NCBI GenBank assembly: GCA_012295275.1
Contig: CM022671.1
Coordinates: 32,922,001 to 32,986,000, forward strand
Source of the DNA: Chrysomallon squamiferum
Taxonomy: Eukaryota > Animalia > Mollusca
Direction: 5' to 3'
Length of the DNA: 64,000 nt
This document shows, in pieces, positions 1 to 15,050 of this stretch (the stretch's first letter is position 1; the number at the start of each line of letters is the position of its first letter). The notes under the pieces were generated by a model. That model saw nothing but the letters and a program-made list of their open reading frames with translations, ran no database searches and was not told the origin of the DNA. The translations under genes were made by a program, and so were the position numbers.

Positions 1-84
1 TTTCTGAATAAGTGTGTGTACATCTGTGTGTATGTGACCTAATAAAAAAGTTATACATGTCTTTAAAATTAATCAATGTTTTAA

Positions 85-119
<35 letters not shown>

Positions 120-695
120 AAAGTCAGAAATATTTCTTTGTTTCGACCTATTTTTTTCTCCGCGCTTGTTTTCATTCTTTTCTTGTTGGAAGTAGTGAAA
201 CTGGTAATTTCTTGATTTAATTCAACGAACAAAGTTATCAAAACGTACAATCATTCTTTTTTTTTATTATTATTTTTTTTTTTTTTTTTTATAATTAAAG
301 AAATCCATTTGTATCTCGGTTCAGTGTTATTTTACTGTACATTTACTGTTTAAATCTGAACGACTATTTGCAGTTGTTTTTAATAATAAGATTTAAAGAA
401 GATAAGCACGTTTGTTTTATGTAATATCTGTCTAATTATGGGTTAATGACATTTTACATATTTTCAGATATAAATTATAAGTATGACTTTTCGTGTATTT
501 GTATTAATATCTATAATTGTATGTACATGTATATATGATATACGTGTGAGTTGTTGGAACGGGAAACAGCGCAGTGGATGCAGTAATCCCCTATTCTAAA
601 AAATCTCAATATGTAACAAACCAGTTAAAAAAACAATATGTAAAAAACCACTGACAGAAAAAAAAAACAGAGAAAAACAATAACAGAGAAAAACA

Positions 696-747
<52 letters not shown>

Positions 748-2140
748 TAATCTAACTCCTTTTACTTATTTTAATACATTTATGCTGTTGAATAAAATAT
801 ACAATTATTCACTGAAAAAGAGAGAACCTTTGACAATTTTCAGTGAAAAAAATCTTTTATTTTATTATATTTTGACGGACACACACCATAAAAGTTTATT
901 GCAAGAAACAAACACAGAAGTGATGCAGTGTGAAGAACAACACTGAAGAGCTCTGTCTGTTTTCTTAGTCACAGCTCTCTGTTGCAGTGTGTCGGTGCTT
1001 GTGTTGCAGTTCTATTTTAGGAATCAGGAGTCGCCTGGGGAGAAATTACAAACCAATCTTTTTTCTTCCGTTCTCTCTCAACAATGTATTGTGAAAACCT
1101 AGACACTAAACTAAATAGATTAACAAGTCTCGTGAACTGAGTGTATAAATACATAGCGATGTATGTATCTGTGTATGCATGTAATAATGTATGTATGTGC
1201 ACATATGTAATAATGTATATATGTTTGCATGCAAGTGTATGTCTGTCTGTCTGTCTGTATGTATGTTGGAATGTACGTATGTATCTGTGTAACTATATAT
1301 ATATATACAACTAAATATTTTCTGTTTTCTTAAGACTCATAAGACAAATTGATCCTGTTTTTTATTACTATATATTATTTTGGAGTTTGAGGATAGCGGA
1401 GTTTAACCGCTGGTAATTCATGGTTTCTACAAACACGATTTACAAATGTGTGTAACTGCTGCTTTGGCACAGAATGTTAAGTACACAGGTGAAGCTGCTA
1501 TTTTGAAAATACTTATAGCGAAACGATCACCGTGCGATTTACTGGAATCAGAGTTCGTTCTTATATTTAACAATGATGATGATATTATAATGATGATGAT
1601 GATGATAATAATAAGTAATGCTAATAGTAAAAAAAGGGGGAATAAACGGAAATATTAAATAAATAAATAAAAATTAACAAAACAAAAAATAAATTCTATC
1701 AACTACATAATTATGCATAAATAATAATAATCAATCAAAACTGTAAATAAATAGGTGGCACAAATTCACAAATAATTAAAAAAAAAAAAAAAAGTAAGTA
1801 AACATAAAAGCTGTCAAAATAACCTACCTAGTTTCACTGTTTGCTTATTTATGCGGTCGGTGCAATTTGGTCAAACCCGTTGTTTGTGTCACGTGGACAG
1901 AAGCGGCTGTAATGACTGGACGATTTGAATAAAATACAGACCGTTAAACAATAATAGGTCATTTAATGTAAATAGTTTACAAAAAGTCAACTCCGTTTCC
2001 TGTGAACGGCTTAATGAGTTGTGACAAATATAATATCATGTGTCAGTTTACTTACAGTCGAAGAAAATGTCTGGTTCCCAAGACACAACATTAACCTCAA
2101 TTACTTATCTGTTTCTTATAACTGGCCTAAGTTATCAGAC

Positions 2141-2230
2141 ATGTATGTATGTATGTATGTATGTATGTATGTATGTATGTATGTATGTATGTATGTATGT
2201 ATGTATGTATGTATGTATGTATGTATGTAT
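2141..2230. repeat. (ATGT)n microsatellite
   Basis: Direct reading. Confidence 0.95.
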
Positions 2231-2314
2231 GTGTATATCTGTGTGTATATCTGTGTGTATATGTATGAAATATGTGTATTGTGTATGCATATATGTCTGT
2301 ATGTAAAAGAAAAA

Positions 2315-2345
<31 letters not shown>

Positions 2346-4300
2346 GATAAAACCACTACTTTTTTATGAACATGTATATATTGGAACATATATTCAGTTA
2401 TTTCTGTTAAAAAAAAATAAAATAAAAAAATAAAAAGTATAATAAGAATAAAAGCACTGTGTGACACTGGTTTTCATCAGACTTCTTTATGCACAATGTA
2501 TTTATGCAGTTCATTGTTTTGCAATGCGTAAAGCCTGTGCCAAGACAGAATTCCCAAAGGCATCACTCACGCGTAGCATCGGTATGCCAAATAAAATTAT
2601 CTACAGCGTGCTGAGCCAACCAGGTACATATTAATGGTGTCGCGTTACAGCGCTAGCCAAAAACAGAACACCAGTCTGCAGTCAAGTCCCATAATCAAAC
2701 GGGACGATAGAGCGTGTTTGTCCAACGTTTTGTACACGTTACGTACTGTGAGGACAGCTGCTAGTATATACACCAGAGTGGCGAGAAAGCTGTGTGTTTT
2801 TAATTACGGGATATTTAGCTGTTCCGTTGACTTTTTCTCTGCCGTTCTAAGCACAAGGCGTTCGCGGAATGATAACAACATGTTCTTTGCCAGAGTATGA
2901 CAGAAGTAAAGACACTCTAGTTTTTGGCACGAGTCTCGTTTTGGCTGGCGTTCCTAGCTGAGTATTAATAATATTTCCAGATGCCGTTCTCCTGTGATAA
3001 TTATTTGACGCAGTCTTGCTTTTGTAGACTCAACCACTTCGTTAAACGTTTCACTGGGCTTTACGTACTTTTACTGATTTAACAAATGGTTATTTTTGAA
3101 AACAATCAGTTATTTCTGTGAAATACATATTGTCAGTCACGCTTTTTTTGATCAGCTGGTTCAATATCACTTTATATAATTTATTCTGGATTTTTAATCT
3201 TGTGCAGGGTTTTTGTATAAAAGAACAGCTTGTTGGGAAGAAAAAGCTTTGTGTGAACTTAAATCAGCTGTTATCTAACACATTTTCAGAAATTAGGCAT
3301 TTACTTAAATTAGGCATTCGCAAAAAAAAAAAAAAAAAAAATCCTTATAAATGAAATTGATGTTCCGGACATGCGCCTTATCAACATCCTGCCAGTTAGG
3401 TTATTAATGTTTCTGAACATAAACCGGACCTATCTTCATGGTATTCAGTATTCCACTGAACTGTAGCCACCCAATGAAGTGTGTCAAAAGGAAATCTGGC
3501 TATGGTTGAATCGGCATTGATGGTGGCCCCAGGCACCTTCGGATCACATGGCAAAAAGGAAAAACGGGTAACGTTGTTGATATTTTTGTACGAGTTAGAA
3601 TTCTTTGACAAGTAAACCCTTCTCTAGGATTAGCATAATATCAAGCTGGCTTAACGAATTAGTTTTGTTTTAGTAATGTAATTTGTTAGTTTTCCGCGAA
3701 GTTCATCTGTTCTTATATCTTTATCTATTTTCTTTACTTCGTATTCTTATTTTCGTTTGTTTTTCTCTCGTCTTCAGAATTTTTATCTTCTTCTATCATT
3801 TTTTCTTTCTTTCATCTTTTCTATTTGTTTTATTTCTATTTTCTTTTTTCTCTTCATTTTTCTTTTCTTTCTTCTTCTTTTCTTTTCCTTTTCGCTTCTA
3901 TAATCCTTTTTTTTTTTTTTTTTTTTTTTACTTCTACAAATTTCATTTAATGGATCATTTTCAAATATTTTTATTATACAGAAATAAAATTTCAGTTTGA
4001 AGCAAGACATCACTCTGGGTATGACAATATTTCCTTTTATTTTCCCCTACATTTACTGTTGTGTTTTATCTCTCAGCATCCATTTGTTGGTAGAAAGTAT
4101 GAGTCTCATTCACTCATCTTTAATGAGTAGTGTGCGTGTACTGTGAGGTTGCACTGGGTTCTAGAAAGGTGATCCTAAGACACATCTGGAACTGATAAGT
4201 GGGTCATGTTGTGTTTATTCACCTTTGAAGACGTAAAAATTAACAATAAAAACCCAGCAATAATGGCCACAACAACAACATAATAATAATGATAATAATA

Positions 4301-4350
<50 letters not shown>

Positions 4351-5905
4351 TATAATTATAACAATTGTTGTAATAATAGTAGTAATAATATATATGATTG
4401 TGTTTTTAAAGTTGAAGTAATTGATGTGATTATATATATTTTGATGGTTATTTATCAGTTATTTTCATATTATATTTAATTGGTCGATGAAATTATCGTT
4501 ATTTGATAACAGTACACAATATTTTAATGAATATAATTATATCCAGTCAAAAAAAAAAAAAGAAAAAAAAGTTTATTATAAATTAGTTTAAATTAGAAAA
4601 TAAAAAAAAATAAAAATCAGTAGTGGATCCAGCATTATTTCAAAACTGAAAAGGATATAACCTTCAAAACGAAATAATATTATATGAGAAAAAATAATAA
4701 TAATAAATAAAAAATAAATAAATGAAAGGAAAAAAAACAACAACATAGGTGCTTTTGGTTCAGCACCCGCCCATTCAGTGACACTTGTGAGGTTAACGAA
4801 GCCGATGAAGTGTTTCTCAAACATTGTCCAGTCTTTCTTTTCTTTCTTTATTTTATTTTAAAACTGATCATTGTTTCTTGTTGTTGTTGTTCTTTGCTGT
4901 CGTTGTTAAGTTTGTTTGTTTTGGATTTGTTTAAGCAGTGAAACGAACCGAATCTAACAATGAATCAAAACACCATTCCAGCTGTTGTCGTTGCTCTTTG
5001 TCGTCGTCGTTGTTATTGTCATCTTTCGTTCAGTGATTTCAAAACAAATGCTTGAATAAAATAATCATTTCCTTTCCATACTTGAACTTCTTTTAAATTT
5101 TTTAAGAGTTACAGAATTGACTATATAAATTTTAAATTTAATTAAACTGTAATACTTTTATTTTTGCTCAGCTGTTTTCACTGTGTTTTAATTAATTTTT
5201 GAATTTTTATATATAATGACTGTTTTTTGGTATTTACCTTTGTTTGACATCCAGTAGACCATATGATTTTTGTGCTGGGGTTTCGTTAAAATTTCATTCA
5301 TTCATTCGTTAGTTCTTTCGTTCATCAGTTTATTGATTCTTTTTATCTCGTTTCAGTAATTTCAGTTTAGTGTCTGATATGTGCAGGTTTGCCTCTGTTC
5401 GTTAGAAACAAGTTAATTATTTGTCCACTGTAAATAAGTTTTCCTACCTTTGTCCAGTTATATCTCAATAATAATGCATTATATGATTAAATGAATAAAT
5501 AAATTTATTTCTTCTAATAAAATGAAATAAAATAAATAAATGAATGAATGAATAAATACATTTATTTCTTCTAATAAAATGAAATTAAATGAATGAATGA
5601 ATAAATAAATAAACAAACATTTGCACGCTGTAAACTATTTCACGCTGTTTCAGTGTAAATACATTATCGCAAATCTTCTGTAATCTGACGTGACAATGTT
5701 AAATTTGTTTTGATGAAACAACTATGGATATCATTATGTTTGCTGAGTGGATTAGTGTTGCCTTGAATGTTGGGAAGTATGTCAAAGTAATTGGTTGAAA
5801 GGAATTTGTTTATTTCTTTCTTATTTTGTTGTTTGTTTTAATTAATGTTTTTCTCCGTCTCTTGTTTATTTTTATTTCTTGTTGTCATTCAAACGGTGGA
5901 TATAT

Positions 5906-5949
<44 letters not shown>

Positions 5950-7248
5950 CTCTATTTCTCTCTCTCTCTATGTCTCCTTTTGTCTCCCTTTCACTCTGTC
6001 TAACTGTCGGTTTATATGTCTGTCTGTCACATGTATAAAAACAAGCGGTTCTAGAGACATGTACATCAAAGACAGGACATTTTGATCAAGCAAACAAACA
6101 GACAAACAAACACACAGACAATCTAACAAACAATAACCTTTAAAATGAGTTAACTATTTTAGATATAATTACGTAATTTGTTATGGATATTGTAACTAGC
6201 TATACAACTGAATATGGTTAATGATTCCTATTGTTATTTGTATAAATGTAGATTAATTCAACTCTGGTTTCAGTATGCATCGTCTGATAACTTTATTTAT
6301 AACATTACATAAATAAATCAATTGCACATTATATACGTTAAATACTCATTGTTAATTTTTCTCCATGAAATGTCAAACAGGATATATGATTTATTCAGAA
6401 TGAGTTTAATTTAATTAAAATATCCTGTTAAAATATTGTGTATTATTACTGAGCATTTTGATAGCATACCAATGTGTTTATTTTTAAATAAATATAAATG
6501 AAAAAATAATTCTAGTTCAAAAAAGCAAATATACATATTCAAATTATATATTCATGATATAGAAATTAAACATGTCTTTTGCGTTTGGAATGTAAGTAAA
6601 TATATTCATAATCATAGTTTACAATCGACTGATTATAAATTGCTTTTTCTTTCCGTCTTTTCACTTTCAAATTAACAGACACACACACGAACACTACTCG
6701 ATTCCATAAATGTGCATTCATTTAGAATAAATGCGCATGCACATGCGCACTAACACACTTCATATTCAAATACTCAACCTCTCTTTCTTTACCTTATACT
6801 CACACAGAGTAATGCACGTGCAAAGTAACGCACGTACTCAGAAATCATTCAGAAATAAAAATAAATAGATCTAAATAAAACGCGCACATTCAAACAGTAA
6901 TCAACAGTTGTTAATAATGATGTCCGCTCCACAGAGACACAGACAATGCAGTTCTGACTTGGATGGGAAACTGAAACAAAATCGTACAAACTGAACACAG
7001 GTAACTTAATGTCATAAATAACACTCTGATGGTTGACATGTGGGACGAGATAAAGATTACAAGTAATCAGATTGTTATTCCTTACCTCTGTCAGATACGT
7101 CTTCAGTAGTTATTTATGTATTTAGTTGTGCATCCTATTTTAGCAAAATTTGTTATTACAAAGTAGTATAATTATATATATTAGAACCATATTCATTTCT
7201 TCTTTTTGAGATTATATAAACATTTGTGTGTGTGTGTGTGTCTGTATG

Positions 7249-7279
<31 letters not shown>

Positions 7280-8314
7280 GTCTATCTATATCTATCTATC
7301 TACCTATCTATCTATATATATATATGTCTGTCTGTCTGTCTCTCTATGTATCTAGCTATCTACATATATATATTTTGGAATTTAATAGCGCAGCAATTTA
7401 TTTATTTTCCCTCCTTTCATTGCAGTACTAGTAGTAGTAGTAGTAGTAGTAGTAGTTGTTGTTGTTCTTCTTCTTATTATTATTATTATTCCTTCATTTC
7501 TCCTGTCTAACTCCGCTTTTCTCTCATCTTCTCTTCTTCCCATCCCTGTTACCATTCGTTCACCTGTTTCCAATTCTCCAGTTTCCACTCACTTCGATTT
7601 ACAGTTACCTTACCTTTCTAAATCCCCTTCATTCCCGCTTATATGTGTTTGTATGTGTGCGTGTACATGTAAATGTATAAATATATATATATATATATTT
7701 ATATCAGTAGTTAGAGCGTGGGCTGCGACATAGCACTGTTAATCGATTCTTTATTCTCATGTGTGAATATTTGCTCTTCCAAACAATGGCTTTGTGAAAA
7801 GCTGCTGCATATTATTTTCAGAAACAGGAAAAAGCTTTTTAAAGATCCCTGGCTGATTATTTACAAGAGTTGTCCATGATGTAACGAGAGGATTTTATTT
7901 ATTTATTTATTTATTTTGTGTTGTTGTTGTAAATTATTACAAATTTAATCGGTATATTCGTATTTTATGCAGGTCTGTACGTCGGTATTTATAAGTAGTA
8001 TACACATATGTGGTTTTGATATCTGTGCTGTTTCACTCCGAAAATGCTATTGAAGAAAACATATAAATGGCGAAAAATGGCTGATAAGAAAGAGACAGGC
8101 TGAATTAAAAAAAAGAAGAAACAAAAAGACAGAAATTGAAAAATAATATAACAATAAATCAGAAAAGAAGTAGAAATAGAGCAGAAAGAAAGAAAAGAAA
8201 AAAAAAGAAAATAAAAGACAGGCAATATTTATAAAGACTGAATGATAGGGGAAAAATCTTTAGCTTACAAAAAAAAAAAAAAAAAGAAGAAAAAAAAAAA
8301 GAAAAGAAAAAAAG

Positions 8315-8355
<41 letters not shown>

Positions 8356-8619
8356 TAAGAAAGAAACGAAAACAAAACAGAAATATTGGCTGCATTGGTT
8401 GTGTATTTTATGACAGATAAGACACACAACGTACAGAGTTACTTTGTGGTAAACAGCTTTCTTACTACTCACTGTGTTGATGAAGCAGCTAAAGTGAGGT
8501 AGGAAAAAACTAAAGAAAATTGAAGATACAAAATGAAAAAAGAAAAAGAGGTAGGGAAAAACCAGAATATTATAACGTTATGAAAATAGATAGATATAAG
8601 ATGATATATAGATAAATGA

Positions 8620-8687
8620 TAGATAGGTAGGTAGGTAGGTGGTAGTTAGGTAGGTAGGTAGGTAGGTAGGTAGGTAGGTAGACAGAC

Positions 8688-8750
<63 letters not shown>

Positions 8751-8780
8751 CAGACAGATAGATAGATAGATAGATAGATA
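8620..8780. repeat. Compound (AGGT)n/(AGAT)n microsatellite
   Basis: Direct reading. Confidence 0.9.
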
Positions 8781-10690
8781 ATTAATTTAGATTTTCTGAA
8801 AGGAAAAGAAATAATAAATATCTTCTCTCCTTCAGCACACAATTTCCATTTCAAACGTCTATCGACAGGATGAAAAAAAAAGTGCCAGTTTAGAAAAAAA
8901 GGAAAAATAACTGACTGTGGATGGAACTAAAAATAACACATCACCGATATCAGAGAAAAGACAATCGAGGAACTGGTGGTACGGGGAATCGCAGAATTAG
9001 CTGAATAAATAAATAAGTAAATAAATAAATAAATAAAAATAGAAGTAATTTTAAAAAAAAAGCTGAAACCATACAAACTGAAGAAAGAAAGGCGAATGGA
9101 AAATGAACGAATTGAAAGTAAAAAAAGTGAAAAGAAAAGAAAACGAAACAAAAAAATGATTTTGTTTCTTCGCAGCAACAGTCGTTTGCTTCTCAACAAC
9201 TTAGACACTTCATGCAGGGGCGGTTCCAAGATTTCAGAAAAGAGGGGGCGGAGCATACATCATGATGGGTTTAATTTTAAAGCAGGTTTATCAAGAAGAA
9301 GAGGGAACTATAAAGTCAATGGGGGCACACACACAGCATGCTCTCTCCGAATACTCTTCTTAAACTTGATCTCCTGACTCTCCACTCAGAAATGCTCGTC
9401 GTGTGTCTAAAATGGTGAAATTCCGTGGCAGGAACGATAAACAACAGCACGTTGTTGTGTCGTTAATCATACTTGTAACAGATCCATATGTTTGTTCTAG
9501 AAACATTCCTGTATTTATTTGTTTACTTTCTCTGTTTATATATCTATCTCTTTGTCCGTCCACCTGTCTGTTTGTCTGTCAGTCCTCTGTCTGTCAGGTC
9601 TACCTTTAATTATTTGTGTTGTTGTTGTTGTAGTTGTTTTTATTATATTTTGTTAAAGTTTCTTTGCTTGTCCTTATAACAAACTGATGTAATGATAGTA
9701 ATATTAAGAGTAATGATGCAATGCTTTATAGGAGTAGTAGTATTACTACTACTACTACTAGTAGTAGTAGTAGTAGTAGTTGTAAATTTAGTAGCAACAG
9801 TAATAGTAGAAGAAGCAGTAGTAGAGAAGTTGAAAGTTGAAATATAGTAATAGTAGTTATTGTTCTTTTGTAATAATAGAAACAGCAATAATGGTACTAA
9901 TAATAATGCAAATATTAGTAGTAGTTGTTGCTGTAGAACCAGCAGCTGTATTAGTAGTAGTCGCAGCAGTATTAGTAATAGGAGCAGCAGTAGTAGTAGC
10001 AGTAACTGTAATAGCTATAGCAAAAAAAACATTGTTGCAGTTTTGGTGGAAAGAGTAACAGTTGCAAAAGTAGTATTATAGTAGTAGTAGTAGTCGTAGA
10101 AGTTGTGTCAGAAATATTAGTAGTAGTAGCAGCAGCAATATAAGTAGTAGTAGTAAGGATATATCGCATAGTCGTAATCTTTTTCATCATTATCATCATC
10201 ATCATCATCATCATCGTCATCATAATAATTGTTGTTGTTTCTACATTATCAAACCATTCACAGACTCGTAAACATCTGCACTTTAACTAAAACATCATTT
10301 TGAGAAACATAAAAACACGAAAGTAACATTTTCTCTTTTTAACGCACAGCGCTTGTACGATAATCTAAGTAATGATGCTTTAGTGCTTGTTTTCTCTCTC
10401 TTTTCAAAGATGCTAGTGGTTCTCAGTGTAAGCATATAGCATTTCTAGCATATTTAATGACCATGTGTGTATATGTATGTGGCTAAACATTATTACATAT
10501 ATATATACACATATATACACTTAAAGAAATACATCATTATATATTTCACATGCTTTAATATAATGGTAGAATGTTACATAGCAGAAGTAGCAACAAAAAT
10601 ATAATAAAATAAAATAATCAAACAATAATAAACAAAAACAGACAAACAAACAAATAACAAATAATAAATAAATAAACAAATAACAAATAA

Positions 10691-10725
<35 letters not shown>

Positions 10726-10975
10726 CAAAAAATAAATAAATAAATAAATAAAAAAAAATAAATAAATAAATAAATAAGGTAACTGCCATGGCTGCCTGAA
10801 CCTCTGTAAAATGCAGATCCCATTAAACGTGATGTTACAATTTGTACACAATTAACCTCATTGCAGAAATAGAACAAAGCTTTTTTTATTTATTTATTTT
10901 CTTTTAACCACTTATCATTAATATAACTATAATTAGAGGAAACCCACAGATACAACACTCACCAAGTAACCGTAA

Positions 10976-11013
<38 letters not shown>

Positions 11014-11505
11014 CCAACTTGCCAGTGACAGCTCAGTCGCGAGATGAAGGTGGAATGGTGTATAGTCCAGAGTGTGTCGTGTTGAAGACTGATCTCACAA
11101 CCTGTGACCTCTCGTGACGTTTAACCGTTATTACTACGTCCGAGGCTGAAATAACGTAGCCATTCATTTACCGTGTCTTGTCAGATGTGCTTAGGTTGGA
11201 GATATGACTTACTGCGTGTATAATTGTACAGTATTGAGTCACCTGGGGATAGGCCAGTGAAGAGGCACGGACAGAGTATTTCTACTCTGCACATCTGTCT
11301 TTCTCTTTGTTTTATTTCTGTTTTCTAATGGCAATATTTCTGAAATATGATTTTTTAATACATACTCTTGGTTTGTAATAAGGAATCGTGTCTTTCTCTT
11401 TGGATAAAGTTGAATAAAGTAGGAACCAGTTCTTTTCTTATTTTTTCTTTCATTCTTTCTTTCTTTCTTCCTTTTTTTTTCTTTCTTTCTTTCTTTATTT
11501 TGAAG

Positions 11506-11544
<39 letters not shown>

Positions 11545-14500
11545 TAAAACTTTTTAAGTCAATAGGAGCAGCGAATTATTTATTTTCTAATCTTTCATTG
11601 TACTTGTTTTTTCCTCCTCATCATTACCTTTTCTTCTTATTATTATTATTTTTATTCGTTCTTTTCTCCTTTCTAACTAACCTTTTTCCTCTCCTCTTCT
11701 CTTCTCCTCCCTGTTACCTTTCGTTTACTTATTTCTAACTTCCTCTCATTTCAGTGTAGTGTTACCTCATCTCTCTGAACCCCTTCACTCTCGCTTTCCC
11801 AATTTTCCCTTCCCACTCATCTTTTCATATATATATATCCCTTTTACTTTAATTTTCCTCCCATCTTTTTTTTTTTTTTAAATTATTATTATTTATTTAT
11901 TTGTTTCTTGCATCTTCCCTTTTCCCCCATCCATCCTCACACCTTCGCTTTCTTATCCCCTATTACCTATCTCGTATCTCTCCAGCTCTTTAGTCGAGGT
12001 CCCCGGAGACGTCTGCTCCTCAGCATAAACAAAATGTTTCCGTACTTAAGACACGTTCGTTTCAGAAGGTCCCAGGACAAAACAGCATTACGAGTGCATC
12101 TCTTCTTTAAAGAGTTATTTATGCAAATTGGCGTGGCTTGTTTGCTAGTAATTAACTCACTGGCGTCCTCCAGAGATCACGGCAGTCCCGTTTAATTGCT
12201 TGCTTAGCATCCTCTCAGTGTGTCAGTGAAATGGCAGAAGAAAATGGCTTCATTTGCATCGTCGCAGAAAATGCGTTCACTGAGAGACGTCTAGAAATAG
12301 AAAGGATTGTCTCTTGTGAGAGCGACAAGTACGTCTGTGCACGTCTGTGTCAGAGAGAGAGTGGGTATGACTGTGTTACTTTTTGTGTGTGTGTGTGTGT
12401 GAAAGAACGAAAGAGGTGGACAAAAAGAAAGATCTTAAGAATTACAGACAGACACAAATAGACAAAATCAGATAGAAAGAGAGAAGAGGAACGGGTTGGA
12501 GGGAGGGAGAGAAGATAGAGAGAATGGTGGGTAGATGGAACCTGTATACAACTGACATCACTTTACTATCAGCAGAATTTCAGAAAGCTAAGGTGTTTAA
12601 AAATAAAATTAATAATAAAAGTAACTTTAGAAGAATATGAAATATAGACAGGATATTAGTTCAAGTACACTGTAAATAAATGAACTAAATTTAGAAATAA
12701 ACTCAAATAACTACTAGAAATAAACTGAACAAATTTAACTTTTTCGACTAATTTATATAGAGCTAAAGTAACTTACTTTCTCGATTTAAATAACTCCACT
12801 GTTTGAACCGAACCAACTCGTTGAACTGAAGTTATTTACTTTGAATTGCTTCTATTCTGCACTGGTTCTGAACACACTCTGACATTTACAACTTATTATA
12901 CAGCAATGGGAACATTTTCATATTCCGTCGCCTCGTTTTGACTCTGCCCCTGTCAACCGCTCCCACTGCGTCCACAACGGCGTTCCGGTTCGACATTTAC
13001 ATTCAACTAAGAAACAAATGGCGGATGGGAGTTCCAATTATACAAACGTTGGCAACAACGTGTACTTCATTCTTTTACTATCTGCGACCCTTTAGTGCGA
13101 ACGAGTACGAACGTTTACAAATAAAAATATTTCTGTCAAACGTAGTGGTCATGACACTGGCTGGCTTTCGGTTATTATTTTTAGAACTTGGCTTTTGAGG
13201 GTAACTGTAAGGAAACAGGATGAAAGAGCATTTGGTGAGAGATAAAGGAATGAGATGGACAGAAACTACGATAAACAGACACGATTTTGATATACAGAAA
13301 TTCATACACACAAATAAAAACTCGTGTGTGTGTGCGTGTGTGTGGGTGTCGGTTTGTATGAATTTTACGATAAAAAATTAACAATTTTCACAACAGAAAG
13401 TTTAATCCTATTTTGAATGTTTGGAATTCATCATTATTTCTCTCAGGAACGGCGTTATCAGTATGAATCTAGACAAATGTAACTATTCAAAGAACATCAG
13501 ATTTATCATTTGTTCAGAGAAATCCGTGGTGAATACACACTAGCCACGAAAACGCGAGTATAAAGTTTTGTCCTAATATAAGATACACAGCAAGAACGGC
13601 CACAGTATCAGTTTTGGCGTAAAGATAAACCCGTTCTGCTGCAGTAGTTGGAACTGAAAACTGTCAAAAGGCATATACTCCATTCTCACGAAGGAGATTG
13701 ATCGACCAACTCGATACTGAAAAACATCCAGTTCTCAACTGAGATAAAAACAATACGACTTCACAGAATATTCTGTTTATTTGATATTCAGTCAAAACTG
13801 AGAAAAAATCTTTACGAAGAACTGATTGAAGATATGCTAAACAGAGACATAAAAAAAAAAAAAAAAAAAACATTTTAAACTTAATTACACTAGACAAGGA
13901 GAGTTGATGTTTGAAGTTTTGCCTCTGATAATCTTGAAGAGTTCGAACGGAACTTAATGATTGCTCTGGAAAGAGTTTTCCCCTTTTGCATTTTAACTAT
14001 TAAATTAAGTTCCCTTGGAGGTTGCGTCCCTTGAGTCTCATGCAAATGAAGGATTATGTTGGACGGTTCGGGCATGGTTAATTGTTTACTTTTCATATCA
14101 AATGTCACAAGTCCTGGTTCTGTAATTGTTTCGATCATTTGAGATATAGATTATATGTGTTTTGCCGCGATTTTGCCTCGTTTGAAAAGAAAGGGGAACT
14201 TTTGTTTGACATAAATTGTAACGTGGCAGGTACAAACTGGAATTTAGCTTGAATAAATGTATTCAGAAGACATTTTTATTTCTAAAATGTTGATCTGGAT
14301 AATGCCAGTCGCCAAAAAACTATGATTGTTTGTCTGAATGTAAGTATTATTCTTTTCTTTTTTTTTCTTTTTTTTCTGCGTCACTGATGTCGAAGTAATG
14401 ATCGACATTAAGTATGGTTATTATTTATTATGTGTTGTAGTTGTTGCAGCTGTTGTATTTGGGTTGTGTTGTTCAGCTTAAAAAAAATATATCAAAAGGT

Positions 14501-14949
14501 CCGTTTTTAAGTCAGCCAGTATTAATATTATTGACGTTGTTGGCGGTGGTTCTGTTGTAGTTGTTATTGTTGTTGGACACATTCTTTGCCTGAACTCTTC
14601 TATCCATTGTTGTTATTTTTAAATTTCTGATTTCCAGCCTGGTCGCATTACATGTTTTACTTAGGTTACTGTTTAAATTGTTGTTTTAGTTGGGAGTGCT
14701 ATCAGTATTCTATAAGTTGTGGGTTACGATCTTCGACTGACGTCATAAACTTCATTTTTTTTTTTTTTATTTTTTTTTATCCTTAATCGGGTTGATGTTG
14801 TTACTACTGTTGTCAGTGAATCGTAAACAAAACAGTCAGTGATAAACTAATGTATGCTTGTTCATCAACAGCTCTATATATTTTTACATGATAGCACTCA
14901 TTTAATTGCAGTATGATAATATTCACGCAAAAACAATTACATACTATTA

Positions 14950-15050
14950 ACCCTTAGCAGCAAGATTTCCTTTTGAAAAAAATAATATACTGGAAGGAAA
15001 GTCTATACCACGACATTTGATAAACACGTCTGCTGGAACGAGAAATAATT
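14950..15050 (-). mobile_element. SINE body remnant, same family
   Basis: Shares GCTGGAACGAGAAATA with 30308. TACCACGACATTTGATAAA (15006-15024) matches the reverse complement of 17504-17522 at 17/19 positions. Confidence 0.45.

Noticed and set aside
3396-3611. 71-aa minus-strand ORF
   Set aside because: Non-ATG start, no recognisable motif, no clear exon boundaries.
2021-11540. Many ORF-track entries with poly-F/I/L/S, CVCV, MYVC or YLSI runs, here and throughout the window
   Set aside because: They are translations of microsatellites and homopolymers, with no splice or domain support.
13890-14138. 82-aa minus-strand ORF with natural-looking composition
   Set aside because: No recognisable domain, paralog or splice context, and an in-frame stop lies just upstream.
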